A stretch of DNA of 64,000 nucleotides from Squalus acanthias (taxonomy: Eukaryota), in contig JASTWF010000035.1 in assembly GCA_030390025.1 (NCBI GenBank), positions 3,720,001 to 3,784,000 of the forward strand, given 5' to 3'. The translations under genes were made by a program, and so were the position numbers. Positions 62,901 to 64,000 of this stretch are shown one piece after another (position 1 is the first letter of the stretch; the number at the start of each line of letters is the position of its first letter). The notes beneath the pieces were generated by a model that searched no databases, was not told the origin of the DNA, and saw nothing but the letters and a program-made list of their open reading frames with translations.

Positions 62901-64000
62901 AGTGAGTGGGTCTGTTTTCTCACTGTGTTTGGTGAGTGGGACTGTTATCTCACTGTGTTTAGTGAGTGGGTCTGTTATCTCACTGTGTTTAGTGAGTGGG
63001 TCTGTTATCTCACTGTGTTTGGTGAGTGGGTCTGTTATCTCACTGTGTTTAGTGAGTGGGTCTGTTATCTCACTGTGTTTAGTGAGTGGGTCTGTTATCT
63101 CACCGTGTTTAGTGAGTGGGTCTGTTATCTCACTGTGTTAGTGAGTGGGTCTGTTATCTCACTGTGTTTAGTGAGTGGGTCTGTTATCTCACTGTGTTTA
63201 GTGAGTGGGTCTGTTATCTCACTGTGTTAGTGAGTGGGACTGTTATCTCACTGTGTTTGTGAGTGGATCTGTTATCTCACTGTGTTTAGTGAGTGGGTCT
63301 GTTATCTCACTGTGTTTAGTGAGTGGGACTGTTATCTCACTGTGTTTAGTGAGTGGGTCTGTTATCTCACTGTGTTTAGTGAGTGGGACTGTTATCTCAC
63401 TGTGTTTAGTGAGTGGGTCTGTTATCTCACTGTGTTTAGTGAGTGGGTCTGTTATCTCACCGTGTTAGTGAAGTGGGTCTGTTATCTCACTGTGTTTAGT
63501 GAGTGGGGACTGTTATCTCACCGTGTTAGTGAGTGGGGTCTGTTATCTCACCGTGTTTAGTGAGTGGGTCTGTTATCTCACTGTGTTTAGTGAGTGGGTC
63601 TGTTATCTCACTGTGTTTAGTGAGTGGGTCTGTTATCTCACCTGTGTTTAGTGAGTGGGTCTGTTATCTCACTGTGTTTAGTGAGTGGGTCTGTTATCTC
63701 ACTGTGTTTAGTGAGTGGGTCTGTTATCTCACTGTGTTTAGTGAGTGGGACTGTTATCTCACCGTGTTAGTGAGTGGGTCTGTTATCTCACTGTGTTTAG
63801 TGAGTGGGTCTGTTATCTCACTGTGTTTAGTGAGTGGGTCTGTTATCTCACCGTGTTTAGTGAGTGGGTCTGTTATCTCACTGTGTTTAGTGAGTGGGTC
63901 TGTTATCTCACTGTGTTTAGTGAGTGGGTCTGTTATCTCACTGTGTTTAGTGAGTGGGTCTGTTATCTCACCGTGTTAGTGAATGGGTCTGTTATCTCAC
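47950..64000. repeat. 30-bp satellite array, >16 kb (~540 units), running off the window end
   Basis: Consensus GTTATCTCACTGTGTTTAGTGAGTGGG(T/A)CT with frequent 29/28-bp variants; no unique spacers. Confidence 0.99.

Noticed and set aside
48090..63979. Many long ORFs (FSEWVCYLTV / LVSGSVISLC repeats)
   Set aside because: Artefact of a 30-bp unit with stop-free frames; mostly GTG starts and constant frameshifting by 29-bp units.
47950..64000. CRISPR-like array (30-bp hairpin repeat)
   Set aside because: Head-to-tail repeats with no unique spacers and no cas genes, in vertebrate DNA.

Overview
Eukaryotic genomic DNA, almost certainly from a shark or other cartilaginous fish (HE1/V-SINE-like and DeuSINE-like SINEs, CR1 LINEs with an SGNH-esterase ORF1). 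The only host coding sequence I can support is one 159-bp internal exon (11900-12058, +) that reads as the C-terminal LRR region of FBXO41, so the rest is probably intron. Bases 1-47.9 kb are a deeply nested transposon stack: four largely full-length CR1 elements and many fragments, a two-gene PIF/Harbinger transposon (DDE transposase plus a 3-exon Myb/SANT gene), two MITEs, SINEs, and Penelope-like elements with minimal hammerhead ribozymes, two of them long palindromes. Bases ~47.95-64 kb are a 30-bp satellite. The most novel-looking signal is a second LINE family ('family B', reconstructed 28597-38547). Its 5' end is a tRNA-like Pol III promoter joined almost directly to an APE-RT ORF with no ORF1, I see no TTTT terminator on its sense strand, and a head-domain+tail deletion derivative lies at 47601-47823. 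It is a candidate Pol III-transcribed, protein-coding LINE. A U_UUA_AAC slippery heptamer also sits at the CR1 ORF1/ORF2 junctions. Family and gene names are recognition from memory, not database hits.
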